A DNA stretch of 64,000 bases from NCBI GenBank assembly GCA_041687695.1, contig JAWLBL010000012.1, positions 1-64,000 of the forward strand. Reading direction: 5' to 3'. The translations under genes and the position numbers were made by a program. The notes under the pieces were generated by a model. The model had not been told where the DNA came from. It saw only the letters and a list, made by a program, of their open reading frames with translations, and did not search any database. Position 1 is the stretch's first letter. Each line of letters opens with the position of its first letter. Positions 8,433 through 18,392 of this stretch are shown piece by piece. This DNA is from Myxococcota bacterium (GTDB lineage Bacteria > Myxococcota_A > UBA9042 > PHBI01 > JAWLBL01).

Positions 8433-11231
8433 TCACCACAGCAGCGTGAACGGCTCGAAGTCGCCGAGGGCGTAGCCCGCGTCCGTCGTCAGGATGCGAC
8501 GCGGCGCGCCGGGGTCGCCCTCGAGCTGCTTGCGCAGCCGGCCGATCGCGACCTGCAGGCGCTTGTCGTCGCGCATGGGGTTGTAGTCGGGCAGCTCCCA
8601 GGCCGCGACCGCCAGCGCCTCCTTGGTCACCTCGCCGTCGGCCCGTGCGAGCAGCTCGAGCAGACGGAGCGCGAGGGTGCTGCGCGACAGATCGACGGTC
8701 TGCCCGTCGACGAGCCAGGCCCGGCGCTGCAGGAGGTCGACGCCCCAGCCACGCCGGCCCGGGGCGCCGGGCGGCTGACGGCGCAGGGAGCCGATGCCAC
8801 TCCAGCCGCGCCGCAGGCCCGTCAGCAGCAGCCGGTCGAGCGCGCTGCTCGGGGGCTCGCGCGACAGCAGAGCGTGGGCGAGGCGAGCCGGGAGCGGGGC
8901 GAGATCATGGGCGGCGATGATTCGCTCGAGGGCGAGGACGTCCGGGTATGGCGTGGTCGCCATGACGACCAGCTCCGTCAGGTTCTGGAGCATCACGCCT
9001 TCGATGGCGCGCGTCAGCTCGACCAGGGGCACGAGGGCCTGACGCGCCTCGTCGTCGCGGCGGTCGGCGAGCAGCAGCATCACCTGCAGGCTGCGCGCGG
9101 CGTGCTCGATGATGCGGGCGCCATTGCTCGCCGCCTGGTTGGCCGCCTGGGCCGACGCGAGCGCCGCCTCGCGCGGCCGCCCAGCCCCCGCGAGGCAGGC
9201 AGCGCGCCCGAAGAGCGCCAGCGGATCGCGCAGCTCACGCGCGCCGACGAGGGCGGGCTCCCAGGCGGGGCGCTCGCCGCGGTCGAAGGCGTGCAGGAAG
9301 CGGACGGCCTCGATGAGGCGGCCGGGCGGGCCGCTGGGCGGGGGGACGTCGGCGGGCCAGGCCAGCTCGGGCTCGGGGCGCCCGAGGAACCAGGCCGAGG
9401 CGCCGGCCGCGAGCGCCGTCCATTGGACGAGGTTCCACATGCGCGACTCGCTGGCGTCGCGCCAGGCTGCGTCGACGTGCCCGGCAGACTCGGCGGCCGG
9501 ACCGTCGACCAGCGTCTGCACGACCGAGATGAGGCGCATGGAGACCCGCTCGCCTGCGCGGTCGTGTTCGTCGATGGACTGGCGCGCCAGAAAGGCCGCG
9601 ACCTCGCTCGTGCGTCCGGCCAGCGTGTTGCGCAGCGCCATCAGGATCTCGGGCAGCAGGCCGCCGGCGGGAGGGCCGCTGGAGGCGTCGGACGCGGCGG
9701 CGTCGACGCGGACGTCGAGGCGGACCAGGTGCGCGTCGAGCATGGCTTCGGTGCGCTCGCGGCCCTCGAGGGTGTCGAGCAGGTCGGCGACGCGGCGCAC
9801 GCGATCGGTCGCCTCGCCCGAGCGGCCGCGCAGCCAGGCCAGGCGGGCCAGGGCCACCTCGCGGCGGGCGCGGGCGGGCTCGGTGGTCGGGACCAGCCCC
9901 TGGAGCTGCACCTCGGCCTCGTCGAGGCGGCCCGCGTAGACCAGGCCGCGGCCGGCGGCCAGCCCGGCTTCGAAGGCCAGGGCCGGCGCGTCGGCGGCGC
10001 GCGCGTCCTGTTCGAGGGCGGCGGCCTCTTCGATGCAGCGGGCGACCCCCACGACCCGGAGGCGGGCGCCGAGCCAGGCGACCTGGATCTCGAGGGAGCT
10101 GCCCACAGGGCGGGGTTGGCGGGCGGCCCAGCGGAGCGGATCCTCGGCGTCGAGGCCGGCCGCGAGCAGGAAGGCGGCCCCGCGCAGGCGCGGCGAGGGG
10201 CTGGTGCGGACCAGACGCCAGGCGCGCAGACCCATGCCCCCGGTGGCGAGGGCTCCGGCCGCGCCCTCGAGGTGGGTGGCGGCCTCGTCGACGCGTCCGC
10301 TGTCGACCAGCGCGCGGGCGGCCTCGAGGGTGGCCGCCGGGTCGGCGCTGCTCAACAGGCCGTCGAGCAGGGCCGGGCCCTGGTCGGGCGCGAGCTCGGG
10401 GGCGAGCCGCTCACGCACGCGATCGTGCAGGCGGAGGCGGTCGCCCGACTCGACCAGGCTACCGGCCTCGGCGATGGCGAGCAGGGCCTCGGGTCGGAGC
10501 TGGCCGGCGAGACGCTCGAGGTCCGGGCGGGACAGGCCGAGCGGGAGGCGGGCCAGCGCGGCGACCAGGGCAGCGCTGGCGTCGCGGAGGTCCTGCCGGG
10601 CGTCGGAGCGGGTGACGGCCTGTCGGAGCTCGAAGGGATTTCCGGCGGCGTGGGTGACCAGCGCGGCGATGTCGGCGTCAGTGAGTCCGGGGCGCAGGCG
10701 GCGCGCGAGGTCGGCCGCGTCGTCGGCGGAGAGGACGTCGAGGGCGATGGTCTGCTCGGCGAGGGTGGGGACGACGGGGAAACGGCGGGCGGTGAGGATC
10801 CAGCGCGACGAGACGGCGTAGGCGGCGAGAGCCTCGAGCCAGTCGGCGAGCTCCCTTTCGTCGGCGTAGTGGAGATCCTCGACGATCAGCACGGCCGAGG
10901 TGGCCTCGGCCGCCAGGAGGACGCGCTCCCAGGGCTCGCCGACGACGTCGCGCGGGGTGAGCGCGTCGTGGAGATCGGCGATGGCCTGGTCGAGCGGATC
11001 TTCCGGTCGGAGCTCCACCGCGATGGCCTTGAGGAGGGGGCCGTCGGGGGCCGCGCGGACCCAGCGCCGGACCAGCGCGGACTTGCCGATGCCGCCGGGT
11101 CCGGACAACAGCGCGACGGGGCCACGGCGGAGCGCTTCGTCGAGCGCCGCCAACTCGCGGTCGCGCCCGACGAAGGTCGGCGGCGGGTTCGGAACACGCC
11201 AGCGCAAGCTGGTCGAGCGGAGCAAGGTCAT
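8433..11231 (-). CDS. STAND/AAA ATPase regulator with helical repeats and C-terminal OmpR-type winged helix
   Basis: FVGRDREL, Walker A GPGGIGKS, Walker B LIVEDLH. C-terminal LQVAIGRLRKQLEGDP...ILTTDAGYAL. Confidence 0.85.
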   Translation of the reverse strand: MTLLRSTSLRWRVPNPPPTFVGRDRELAALDEALRRGPVALLSGPGGIGKSALVRRWVRAAPDGPLLKAIAVELRPEDPLDQAIADLHDALTPRDVVGEPWERVLLAAEATSAVLIVEDLHYADERELADWLEALAAYAVSSRWILTARRFPVVPTLAEQTIALDVLSADDAADLARRLRPGLTDADIAALVTHAAGNPFELRQAVTRSDARQDLRDASAALVAALARLPLGLSRPDLERLAGQLRPEALLAIAEAGSLVESGDRLRLHDRVRERLAPELAPDQGPALLDGLLSSADPAATLEAARALVDSGRVDEAATHLEGAAGALATGGMGLRAWRLVRTSPSPRLRGAAFLLAAGLDAEDPLRWAARQPRPVGSSLEIQVAWLGARLRVVGVARCIEEAAALEQDARAADAPALAFEAGLAAGRGLVYAGRLDEAEVQLQGLVPTTEPARARREVALARLAWLRGRSGEATDRVRRVADLLDTLEGRERTEAMLDAHLVRLDVRVDAAASDASSGPPAGGLLPEILMALRNTLAGRTSEVAAFLARQSIDEHDRAGERVSMRLISVVQTLVDGPAAESAGHVDAAWRDASESRMWNLVQWTALAAGASAWFLGRPEPELAWPADVPPPSGPPGRLIEAVRFLHAFDRGERPAWEPALVGARELRDPLALFGRAACLAGAGRPREAALASAQAANQAASNGARIIEHAARSLQVMLLLADRRDDEARQALVPLVELTRAIEGVMLQNLTELVVMATTPYPDVLALERIIAAHDLAPLPARLAHALLSREPPSSALDRLLLTGLRRGWSGIGSLRRQPPGAPGRRGWGVDLLQRRAWLVDGQTVDLSRSTLALRLLELLARADGEVTKEALAVAAWELPDYNPMRDDKRLQVAIGRLRKQLEGDPGAPRRILTTDAGYALGDFEPFTLLW

Positions 11232-11379
11232 GCGGCGAGTCTAGGCGAGCACGTCGCGGCCGAAAACCCCGCCCCGGGTGTTCACGGGGCCGCCGTAGCG
11301 TTGGCGAGGTGGTCGCGGAGTCGGCCGCTCACATCGGAGCTCCGAGGCTCCGAGTCCGCGAGAGCGCCCAGGGGGCTGG

Positions 11380-12453
11380 TCAGCGCAGCCTGGGCAGGCC
11401 GGGGGCGGACAGGGCGCGGTCGAGGGCGGCCATGACGTCGGCTTCGGGCAGGCCCTTGCCGCGGACGAGGGACTGGCGCAGGGCGCGCTCCAGGCGGTCG
11501 CGGCGCTTGGGGAGGAAGCGGAAGGTCTTGCCGCCCCAGATGCCCGAATAGTGGAGGTACAGGCGCATCACCGCGTCGAGGTCGATGTCGGGCAGCAGGC
11601 GCCGGGCGGCGATGAGGCGCAGGCGCAGGGGTTTGCCGCGGGTGGGGCGGGTGATGACGAAGTCGCCGGCGCCGATGAGCGGGGGCTCGGGGGCGGTGCG
11701 GGTCTGGGGGTCCCACAGGGTGAAGCAGACCTCGAGGATGGCCTCTTTGATGTCCTCGGTGTCCTCGGCGCCGAAGTGATGGAAGGGCAGCTCGTTGACG
11801 TAGAAGTGCATGCGGCGGTTGACGCCCATCTCGTGGAAGGTCGTCAGCCAGGGCGTGCAGTAGTAGTAGAGGTCGCGCGGCCGGGGCTGGCCGGGGTCGA
11901 GGACGCGCAGGGTGCCGCCCGAGAGCGGGCCGATGACGTGGACCGGGTCGCGGCGGTGCAGCTCGGAGAGGTTGTCGTGCTCGCGGCGGGCGAGCGCGCT
12001 GCGCTGGGCCTCGTCCTTGCCCATCAACAGGCAGACCTGGACCCGGGCGCCGGTGACCAGCTCGGCCGTGACGCGGAAGACCAGCTGGAAGTCGCCCTCC
12101 TGGAAGTGGAAGACGTCCAGGGCGCGCACGTCGGCGCCGCCGCCGACCTTGGCGGCGAGGGCGCGCGCGGCCTGCATCAGCGGGCTCTGCGGGTGGCCCA
12201 GCTCGCGCTCCATGGCCCGCTGCAGGACGGGGCGCGGGACCGGCCAGGCCCAGCGCTCGCCCCAGAAGTTGAGCAGCTCGCGCAGCGTGACGGTCACGCG
12301 CGGGCCGCGGGGGCGGTCGTCGCCGGGGCGCGGCGGGCGCGGGCCGGACGGCGGACGGGCGGGGCGCGGGCCCTGCGAGGGGCCCGGCTCCGGGCGGCCG
12401 GGGCGCGGACCGGGGCGTCGGCTGGGGTCGGGGCGGGCGGGCTTTTTGGGCAT
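11380..12453 (-). CDS. Hypothetical protein, possible atypical protein-kinase-like fold
   Basis: GAGGA RBS before the ATG. Basic Pro-rich N-tail, then EGDFQLVFRV...REHDNL...GAGDFV. Confidence 0.6.
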   Translation of the reverse strand: MPKKPARPDPSRRPGPRPGRPEPGPSQGPRPARPPSGPRPPRPGDDRPRGPRVTVTLRELLNFWGERWAWPVPRPVLQRAMERELGHPQSPLMQAARALAAKVGGGADVRALDVFHFQEGDFQLVFRVTAELVTGARVQVCLLMGKDEAQRSALARREHDNLSELHRRDPVHVIGPLSGGTLRVLDPGQPRPRDLYYYCTPWLTTFHEMGVNRRMHFYVNELPFHHFGAEDTEDIKEAILEVCFTLWDPQTRTAPEPPLIGAGDFVITRPTRGKPLRLRLIAARRLLPDIDLDAVMRLYLHYSGIWGGKTFRFLPKRRDRLERALRQSLVRGKGLPEADVMAALDRALSAPGLPRLR

Positions 12454-12581
12454 GGTCCTCGGCGCGCGGCGGGTCGACGGGCGCGTCGGCGTCATAGCGC
12501 CGGGCGGGGGCGCTGGCAACCTCGGCGGACTCGTCAACTAGAGGTGGCGTTCGGGCGCGGGTGGCGCGAGGATGCGCCGCC

Positions 12582-13751
12582 ATGAAGCCCAAGCGTCCCA
12601 CGTCCAGGCCCGGCGGAAAGGCCGGCCCCAAGTCAGGCAGCAAGACCGACGGCAAGGCGGGCGGCAAGCGCGGGCCCGCGCCGAAGAGCGGCCCCGGCCG
12701 CCGCGGCGCCGCTCGCCACGAGGCGCCGCGCCGGCGCGACGACCGGCCGTCCGAACCGGCAGGCCGGCCTCAGGGCCGATCCGGCCCCGGCGGGCGCCCT
12801 CCCCGCCCCGGCACCACCGCCCTGGGCTTCCCCGCCCCGCCCGTCCCGCACTGGGAGCCCGGCGCCGGCGCGCTGTGGGTCGGCGGCGAGGAGCGCACCA
12901 ACCTGCGCCGCTACCTGACCGAGCACTTCCCGCGCCTGACCAGCCGCGAGATCTCCCGGGTCATCGGCGAGGGCTACTGCCGCGTCAACGGGGTCATCGA
13001 CACCCACGGCACGCGCGCCCTGCAGCACCGCGACGTGGTCGAGATCACCCTGCCGCCGCCCCAGGAGACCGGCTTCGACGAGGCCCGCGTCGCCTACATC
13101 GACGAGCGCCTGGTCGCCTACGACAAGCCGGCCCACCTGCCCACGACGCCGACCGACGGCGGCGACCGCACCTCGCTCGAGGTCCTCTTGCGCGAGCAGT
13201 ACGGCCCCATCTTCGCCGTCCACCGCCTCGACGCCGACACCAGCGGGCTGGTCCTGTTCGCGCGCACCGAGGCCGTCGCGCAGCGCCTGATGGACTTCTT
13301 CCGCGACCGCAAGGTCCACAAGACCTATCACGCCATCGTGCGCGGCCACCCGCCCGCCTCGGGCACCCGCCACACCCACTTCCACAAGCTCGCCGCCGGC
13401 AAGGGCTTCGAGAAGTGGCGCTCGGGCCCGCCCAGCCCCAACGCCAAGGAGGCCATCACCCGCTGGACCGTCGAGCAGCCCCTGGGCCGCTGGGCCGCGC
13501 TGGTCAAGGTCGAGCCGCAGACCGGACGCTTCCACCAGATCCGCATCCACTTCGCCGAGCTGGGTCACCCGGTCTACGGCGACCTCGTCTACGGCGACCG
13601 CCGCGAGCCCTTCCACCTGGGCCGCCACCTCCTGCACGCCTCGCGCCTCGAGCTGCCCGATCCCGAGCGTCACGGCGAGCGCCTGGTCGTCGAGGCGCCG
13701 CTGCCCGCCGAGATGCAGGAGGCCCGCCGGCGCCTCCTGAAGATGCGCTGA
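12582..13751 (+). CDS. RluA-family pseudouridine synthase with S4-like domain
   Basis: DKPAHLPT, catalytic VHRLDADTSG, KTYHAIV, TGRFHQIRIH, LHASRL. Confidence 0.95.
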   Translation: MKPKRPTSRPGGKAGPKSGSKTDGKAGGKRGPAPKSGPGRRGAARHEAPRRRDDRPSEPAGRPQGRSGPGGRPPRPGTTALGFPAPPVPHWEPGAGALWVGGEERTNLRRYLTEHFPRLTSREISRVIGEGYCRVNGVIDTHGTRALQHRDVVEITLPPPQETGFDEARVAYIDERLVAYDKPAHLPTTPTDGGDRTSLEVLLREQYGPIFAVHRLDADTSGLVLFARTEAVAQRLMDFFRDRKVHKTYHAIVRGHPPASGTRHTHFHKLAAGKGFEKWRSGPPSPNAKEAITRWTVEQPLGRWAALVKVEPQTGRFHQIRIHFAELGHPVYGDLVYGDRREPFHLGRHLLHASRLELPDPERHGERLVVEAPLPAEMQEARRRLLKMR

Positions 13752-13761
13752 CCCGCTCCCT

Positions 13762-15156
13762 TTGTCGCCCGACTCCCGCAGCCAGCGCCTGCTGGTCTTC
13801 GCCCTCATCGCCTCGCAGTTCGGCCCGCCCTTCATGTTCTCGGGCGTCGCCGTCGGCCTGCCCGCGCTGGGCGCCGAGCTCGAGGCCGGCGCCGTCTCGC
13901 TGGGTCTCGTCGAGACCCTCTACCTCGCCGGCAGCCTGGCCTTCCTCCTGCCCATCGGCCGCCTCGCCGACGCCTCCGACAAGCGCTCCCTCTACAAGTG
14001 GGGCCTGCTCGCCTTCGGCCTGTGCTCGCTGCTCATCGCCACCCTGTCCTGGGTCCCGGCCATCCTCGCCGTCCGCTTCCTCCAGGGCGTCACCTCGGCC
14101 ATCTTCGCCGTCACCGGCACCGCCATCCTCGCCGACATCGTCCCCGCCCCCCAGCGCGGCCGCGCCTTCGGCGCCTCCATCGGCGCCATCTACACCGGCC
14201 TCACCCTCGGCCCCCTCGCCGCCGGCTGGCTCACCGAGGCCTTCGGCTGGCGCGCCATCTTCATCGGCGGCGCCGCCCTCATCCTGGCCGGCTTCGCCGT
14301 CATCTCCGCCCTGCTCCCGGCCGCCTGGCGCCGCCCCACCCGCCCCTTCGATCTCTCCAGCGCGACCCTCCTCGCCGCCACCATCCTCAGCCTGGTCGCC
14401 GGCGTCGTCACCCTGCGCCAGGGCGCCCTCGGCCCCGCCCTGCTCGCCCTCGGCCTGCTCCTCGCCGCCGCCTTCGTCCGCTGGCAGCGACGCCTCGAGG
14501 CCCGCGGCGCCGACCCGCTCATCGCCTTCGGCTGGCTCGCCGCCCAGCGCGACCTCGCCGTCGCCCTGCTCACCCAGGCGATGCTCTACACCAACGCCTT
14601 CAGCTCCATCTTCCTCTTCAGCCTCTACCTCCAGGTCTCGCTCGGCCACTCGGCCGACACCTCGGGCCAGGCCCTCGCCATCGGCTCGGCCGTCATGGCG
14701 GTGGTCGCCCCCTTCGCCGGCCGCCTCGCCGACCGCTTCCGCCCCCAATCGCTCACCGCCGTCGGCGCCGGCGCCGTCTTCGGCAGCGCCCTCGCCGCCC
14801 TGACCCTGGACGCGACCACCGCCCTGCCCCGGGTCATCGCCGTGCTCGCCCTGCAGAGCCTCGGCTTCGCCCTCTTCTCCTCGCCCAACGTCACCCTCAT
14901 CATGAACAGCGTCGACCCCAGCGCGACCAGCCTCGCCTCGGCCCTCGCCGCCAAGGCCCGCTCCATCGGCATGGTCACCGGGATGCTGCTCACGAGCCTC
15001 CTCATCTCGCTGACCCTGGGCGACGACCCGGTCGAGCGCCACCCCTTCGCCCTCATCGGCACCATGACCACGGCCTTCACCGTCCTGGCCGTCGTCACCG
15101 GCGCCGCCTTCCTCATCTGCCTGTCGGCCCGCTCGCGACGGCCCCGCCGCGCCTGA
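13762..15156 (+). CDS. MFS transporter (DHA2-like)
   Basis: About 14 hydrophobic segments, motif A GRLADASDKR, RFLQG, GLTLGPLAAG. Confidence 0.92.
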   Translation: MSPDSRSQRLLVFALIASQFGPPFMFSGVAVGLPALGAELEAGAVSLGLVETLYLAGSLAFLLPIGRLADASDKRSLYKWGLLAFGLCSLLIATLSWVPAILAVRFLQGVTSAIFAVTGTAILADIVPAPQRGRAFGASIGAIYTGLTLGPLAAGWLTEAFGWRAIFIGGAALILAGFAVISALLPAAWRRPTRPFDLSSATLLAATILSLVAGVVTLRQGALGPALLALGLLLAAAFVRWQRRLEARGADPLIAFGWLAAQRDLAVALLTQAMLYTNAFSSIFLFSLYLQVSLGHSADTSGQALAIGSAVMAVVAPFAGRLADRFRPQSLTAVGAGAVFGSALAALTLDATTALPRVIAVLALQSLGFALFSSPNVTLIMNSVDPSATSLASALAAKARSIGMVTGMLLTSLLISLTLGDDPVERHPFALIGTMTTAFTVLAVVTGAAFLICLSARSRRPRRA

Positions 15157-15168
15157 GCGTCGTGCGGC

Positions 15169-15217
15169 TTGTCCGCGGCCCGAGTTATACGTAGAGTCTG
15201 GCAAGGCTGCGTATAAC
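15169..15217 (+). promoter_or_regulatory. Sigma70-like promoter overlapped by an inverted-repeat operator
   Basis: TTGTCC(15169)-N17-TAGAGT(15192). Inverted repeat GTTATACGTAG (15184-15194) / CTGCGTATAAC (15207-15217). Confidence 0.55.
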
Positions 15218-15218
15218 C

Positions 15219-16280
15219 ATGGAACACCTCGCCACCGAACTCCAGACGCTCTATGCCGAGCTCGTCGACCAGCTCCTCGCCTATGAGGCCGGCCGGTCCC
15301 TGGGCCACGCGCCGGGGTCGTTCGTGACCAAGCAGGTCAAGGGGCAGACCTACTCGTACTTCCAGCACTCCGTGCCCGGCGACGGCACACGCCAGGTCTA
15401 CCTCGGCCGCCTGACGCCCGAGCTGCAGGCCGTCATCGATCGCTTCCAACGCGAACGCGCGACCGTGACGGCCGATCGGGCCAATACTCAGCGACTCTGC
15501 GCATTGCTGAGGGCGGGCGGGGCGACGGTCACCGACGCGACCTCGGCGCGGGTCCTGGCGGGCCTGGCCGACGCCGCGGTGTTTCGCCTGGGCGGGGTCC
15601 TGGTCGGCACCCATGCGTTCATCGTGATGGCCAACGTGCTCGGCGTGCGCTGGCAGGGGACGGTCTGGCGCACGGACGACATCGACGTCGCCACGCCGCG
15701 CTCGCTGGCGGTCGCCGTGCCCGAGCTCACCGACATGCCGGCCGCGCTCGAGGCGCTCGAGATGGGCTTCCTCCCGGTTCCGGGGCTGTCGCCCAAGGAG
15801 CCCGCGACGTCGTTCAAGGTCCGGGGACGCCCGCTGCGGGTCGATCTCCTGACCCCGGCGGACGGACGCTCGGGGGGCGCGGTGCCCATCCCACGCTTGA
15901 AGGCGGCGGCCCAGCCCCTGGCCTTCCTCGACTACCTGCTAGAGGACCCCACCCCAGCGGCCGTCGTCGCCGGCTCCGGCGTCCTGGTCCAGGTCCCCAA
16001 TCCGGCCCGCTTCACCTTGCACAAGCTCATCGTCGCCCACAGCCGGATTGCAGCCTTCCAGGCCAAGGCAGCCAAGGACCTGCAGCAGGCCGCGCTGCTC
16101 ATCGAGGCCTTGGAGGAGTCCCGCCCAGGTGATCTGGAGCTCGCCTGGGAGGACGCCCTGGCTCGAGGCTCGGCCTACCGTGAGGCCCTCGCCGGGGGGA
16201 TGCGGAGACTCGCCGCGCGCGCGCCCGAGGCTCACGCACGGCTGGTCGCCGCCGTCGGACCCGACACGTCGCCGACGTGA
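15219..16280 (+). CDS. GSU2403-family nucleotidyltransferase-fold protein
   Basis: N-terminal YAEL..GSF..KQVKGQTYSYFQ..RQVYLG. Pol-beta-like VLVGTHAF...RTDDIDVA. C-terminal PARFTLHKLIV...KAAKDLQQA. Confidence 0.85.
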   Translation: MEHLATELQTLYAELVDQLLAYEAGRSLGHAPGSFVTKQVKGQTYSYFQHSVPGDGTRQVYLGRLTPELQAVIDRFQRERATVTADRANTQRLCALLRAGGATVTDATSARVLAGLADAAVFRLGGVLVGTHAFIVMANVLGVRWQGTVWRTDDIDVATPRSLAVAVPELTDMPAALEALEMGFLPVPGLSPKEPATSFKVRGRPLRVDLLTPADGRSGGAVPIPRLKAAAQPLAFLDYLLEDPTPAAVVAGSGVLVQVPNPARFTLHKLIVAHSRIAAFQAKAAKDLQQAALLIEALEESRPGDLELAWEDALARGSAYREALAGGMRRLAARAPEAHARLVAAVGPDTSPT

Positions 16281-16323
16281 CGGCGCGTGCCCGGGCTGCG
16301 ATGCGGTGCTACGGTCCGCGGCC

Positions 16324-17769
16324 ATGCCCGTCGACCCGCACTACCGCCCCGACCCGGTGTACCTGACGCTCGGCGACGAGGTCGCCGACCCGGTGACGCC
16401 GGCGCGCTTTCCCAAGCACGTCCTGCGGTTCCGCAACCAGCGCTGGGCCCAGCGGGTCGGCCTGGGGGCGCTGGACCAGGCCGAGTGGGAGGCCGCGTTC
16501 GCGCGCTTCCAGCCGCTGCCGGACAACCTGCCGCGGCCGCTGGCGATGCGTTATCACGGGCACCAGTTCCAGCACTACAACCCGCAGCTCGGCGACGGGC
16601 GGGGGTTCCTGTTCGCGCAGCTGCGCGACGCGGTGAACGGGCGGGTGCTGGATCTGGCGACCAAGGGCAGCGGGACGACGCCCTACTCGCGCGGCGGGGA
16701 CGGGCGGCTGACGCTCAAGGGCGGCGTGCGCGAGATCCTGGCGGCCGAGCTGCTGGAAGCCCGGGGCGTGCCGACCTCCAAGGCCTTCAGCCTGTTCGAG
16801 ACCGGCGAGTCGCTGTGGCGCGGGGACGAGCCGTCGCCGACCCGGTCGTCGGTGCTGGTGCGGCTGGGGCACTCGCACCTGCGCTTCGGGACCTTTCAGC
16901 GGCACGCGACCCACGGGCGGCACGATCTGGTCGGGCGGCTGGTCGAGCACGCGATCGAGCACTACCTGCCCGAGGCCCAGGCCGATCCCGAGGCGGCGAC
17001 CATGCCGCCGCTGGCCTTCCTGCGCGCGGTGGTGGGGCGCAGCGCGAAGCTGGCGGCGCGGTGGATGGCCGCCGGGTTCGTCCACGGGGTGCTGAACACC
17101 GACAACATGCTGGTGACGGGCGAGAGCTTCGACTACGGCCCCTGGCGGTTCCTGCCGCGCTGGGACGAGGGCTTCACCGCGGCCTACTTCGACCACCAGG
17201 GGCTGTACGCGTACGGCCGGCAGCCGCAGGCGGTGCTGTGGAACCTGGCGCGGCTGGCCGAGGCGCTGGCGGGGGTGCTGGGTGACGCTCCGGCCATGCC
17301 GATCCTGAACGAGTTCGCGCCGGTCTATCGGCAGGCCTTCGTCGAGGCGTGGCTCGAGCGGCTGGGCGTGGCGCCGCGTGGGTTCGAGGCCGACCGGGAC
17401 CTGGTCGAGGCGTCGCTGCAGCTGCTGGCCGAGACGCAGCTGCCCTTCGATTCCCTGTTCCACGACTGGTACGGCGGGCGGGCGAGCGAGGCGCGCGCCG
17501 AGGCCAGCCCGGTCGCGGCGGCCTACGCCGACCCGAACGCGCAGCCGTTCCGCGAGGCGCTGCGCGAGTACGAGGCGGCGCACCCCGAGCGGCTTGCCGA
17601 GGCGGTGATGCAGGCGCCGGCGCCGTGTTCGCTGCTCATCGACGAGGTCGAGGCGATCTGGGCCCCCATCGCCGACCGCGACGACTGGTCGCTGTTCGAG
17701 GCCAAGATCGCCGAGATCCGGGCCTACGGCGCGGTCATGGGCAACGCGCCGGCGGCGCCCGCGACCTAG
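16324..17769 (+). CDS. selO: Protein adenylyltransferase SelO/YdiU
   Basis: YHGHQF, QLGDGRG, KGSGTTPYSRGGDGR, GFVHGVLNTDN, FDYGP. Confidence 0.95.
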   Translation: MPVDPHYRPDPVYLTLGDEVADPVTPARFPKHVLRFRNQRWAQRVGLGALDQAEWEAAFARFQPLPDNLPRPLAMRYHGHQFQHYNPQLGDGRGFLFAQLRDAVNGRVLDLATKGSGTTPYSRGGDGRLTLKGGVREILAAELLEARGVPTSKAFSLFETGESLWRGDEPSPTRSSVLVRLGHSHLRFGTFQRHATHGRHDLVGRLVEHAIEHYLPEAQADPEAATMPPLAFLRAVVGRSAKLAARWMAAGFVHGVLNTDNMLVTGESFDYGPWRFLPRWDEGFTAAYFDHQGLYAYGRQPQAVLWNLARLAEALAGVLGDAPAMPILNEFAPVYRQAFVEAWLERLGVAPRGFEADRDLVEASLQLLAETQLPFDSLFHDWYGGRASEARAEASPVAAAYADPNAQPFREALREYEAAHPERLAEAVMQAPAPCSLLIDEVEAIWAPIADRDDWSLFEAKIAEIRAYGAVMGNAPAAPAT

Positions 17770-17779
17770 GGCGCCGCGA

Positions 17780-18387
17780 CCGGATGAGCCCGCGCGAGCG
17801 CGGGCACTCCCAGTGGCGGATCGCGGCCTGGGACCGGCGGCTTTCAGAGAGCGTCGAATTGATACCAGCGGAGGCCTCGGAGTGCTCCGGCTTGCCGGAG
17901 CCCCGGCCCCGGCGGCTTGCCGCCGGGATCGGGCCGCCAAACCCGGCGCAGCAAGCTGCGCCGGATCGGGGCTCCACCAAGGTGGAGCACTCCGATTGGC
18001 CTGTCGCGGGCGCTCCGATCAAGCTGCCATTGGAGTGCCCTCGCTCGCGAGGGCTCGCTGGATCGGCGCCGCTCGCGGCGCCCGGATGAGCCCGCGCGAG
18101 CGCGGGCACTCCCAGTGGCGGATCGCGGCCTGGGACCGGCGGCTTTCAGAGAGCGTCGAATTGATACCAGCGGAGGCCTCGGAGTGCTCCGGCTTGCCGG
18201 AGCCCCGGCCCCGGCGGCTTGCCGCCGGGATCGGGCCGCCAAACCCGGCGCAGCAAGCTGCGCCGGATCGGGGCTCCACCAAGGTGGAGCACTCCGATTG
18301 GCCTGTCGCGGGCGCTCCGATCAAGCTGCCATTGGAGTGCCCTCGCTCGCGAGGGCTCGCTGGATCGGCGCCGCTCGCGGCGCCCGG
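17780..18387. repeat. Tandem duplication (2 x 302 bp) of a REP/REPIN-like composite element
   Basis: 17781-18082 matches 18083-18384 by eye. Each unit contains hairpin arms ...GCGCGGGCACTCC, GGAGTGCTCCGGCTTGCCGGAGC, GCTCCACCAAGGTGGAGCACTCC and GGAGTGCCCTCGCTCGCGAGGGC. Confidence 0.92.
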
Positions 18388-18392
18388 GGAGG

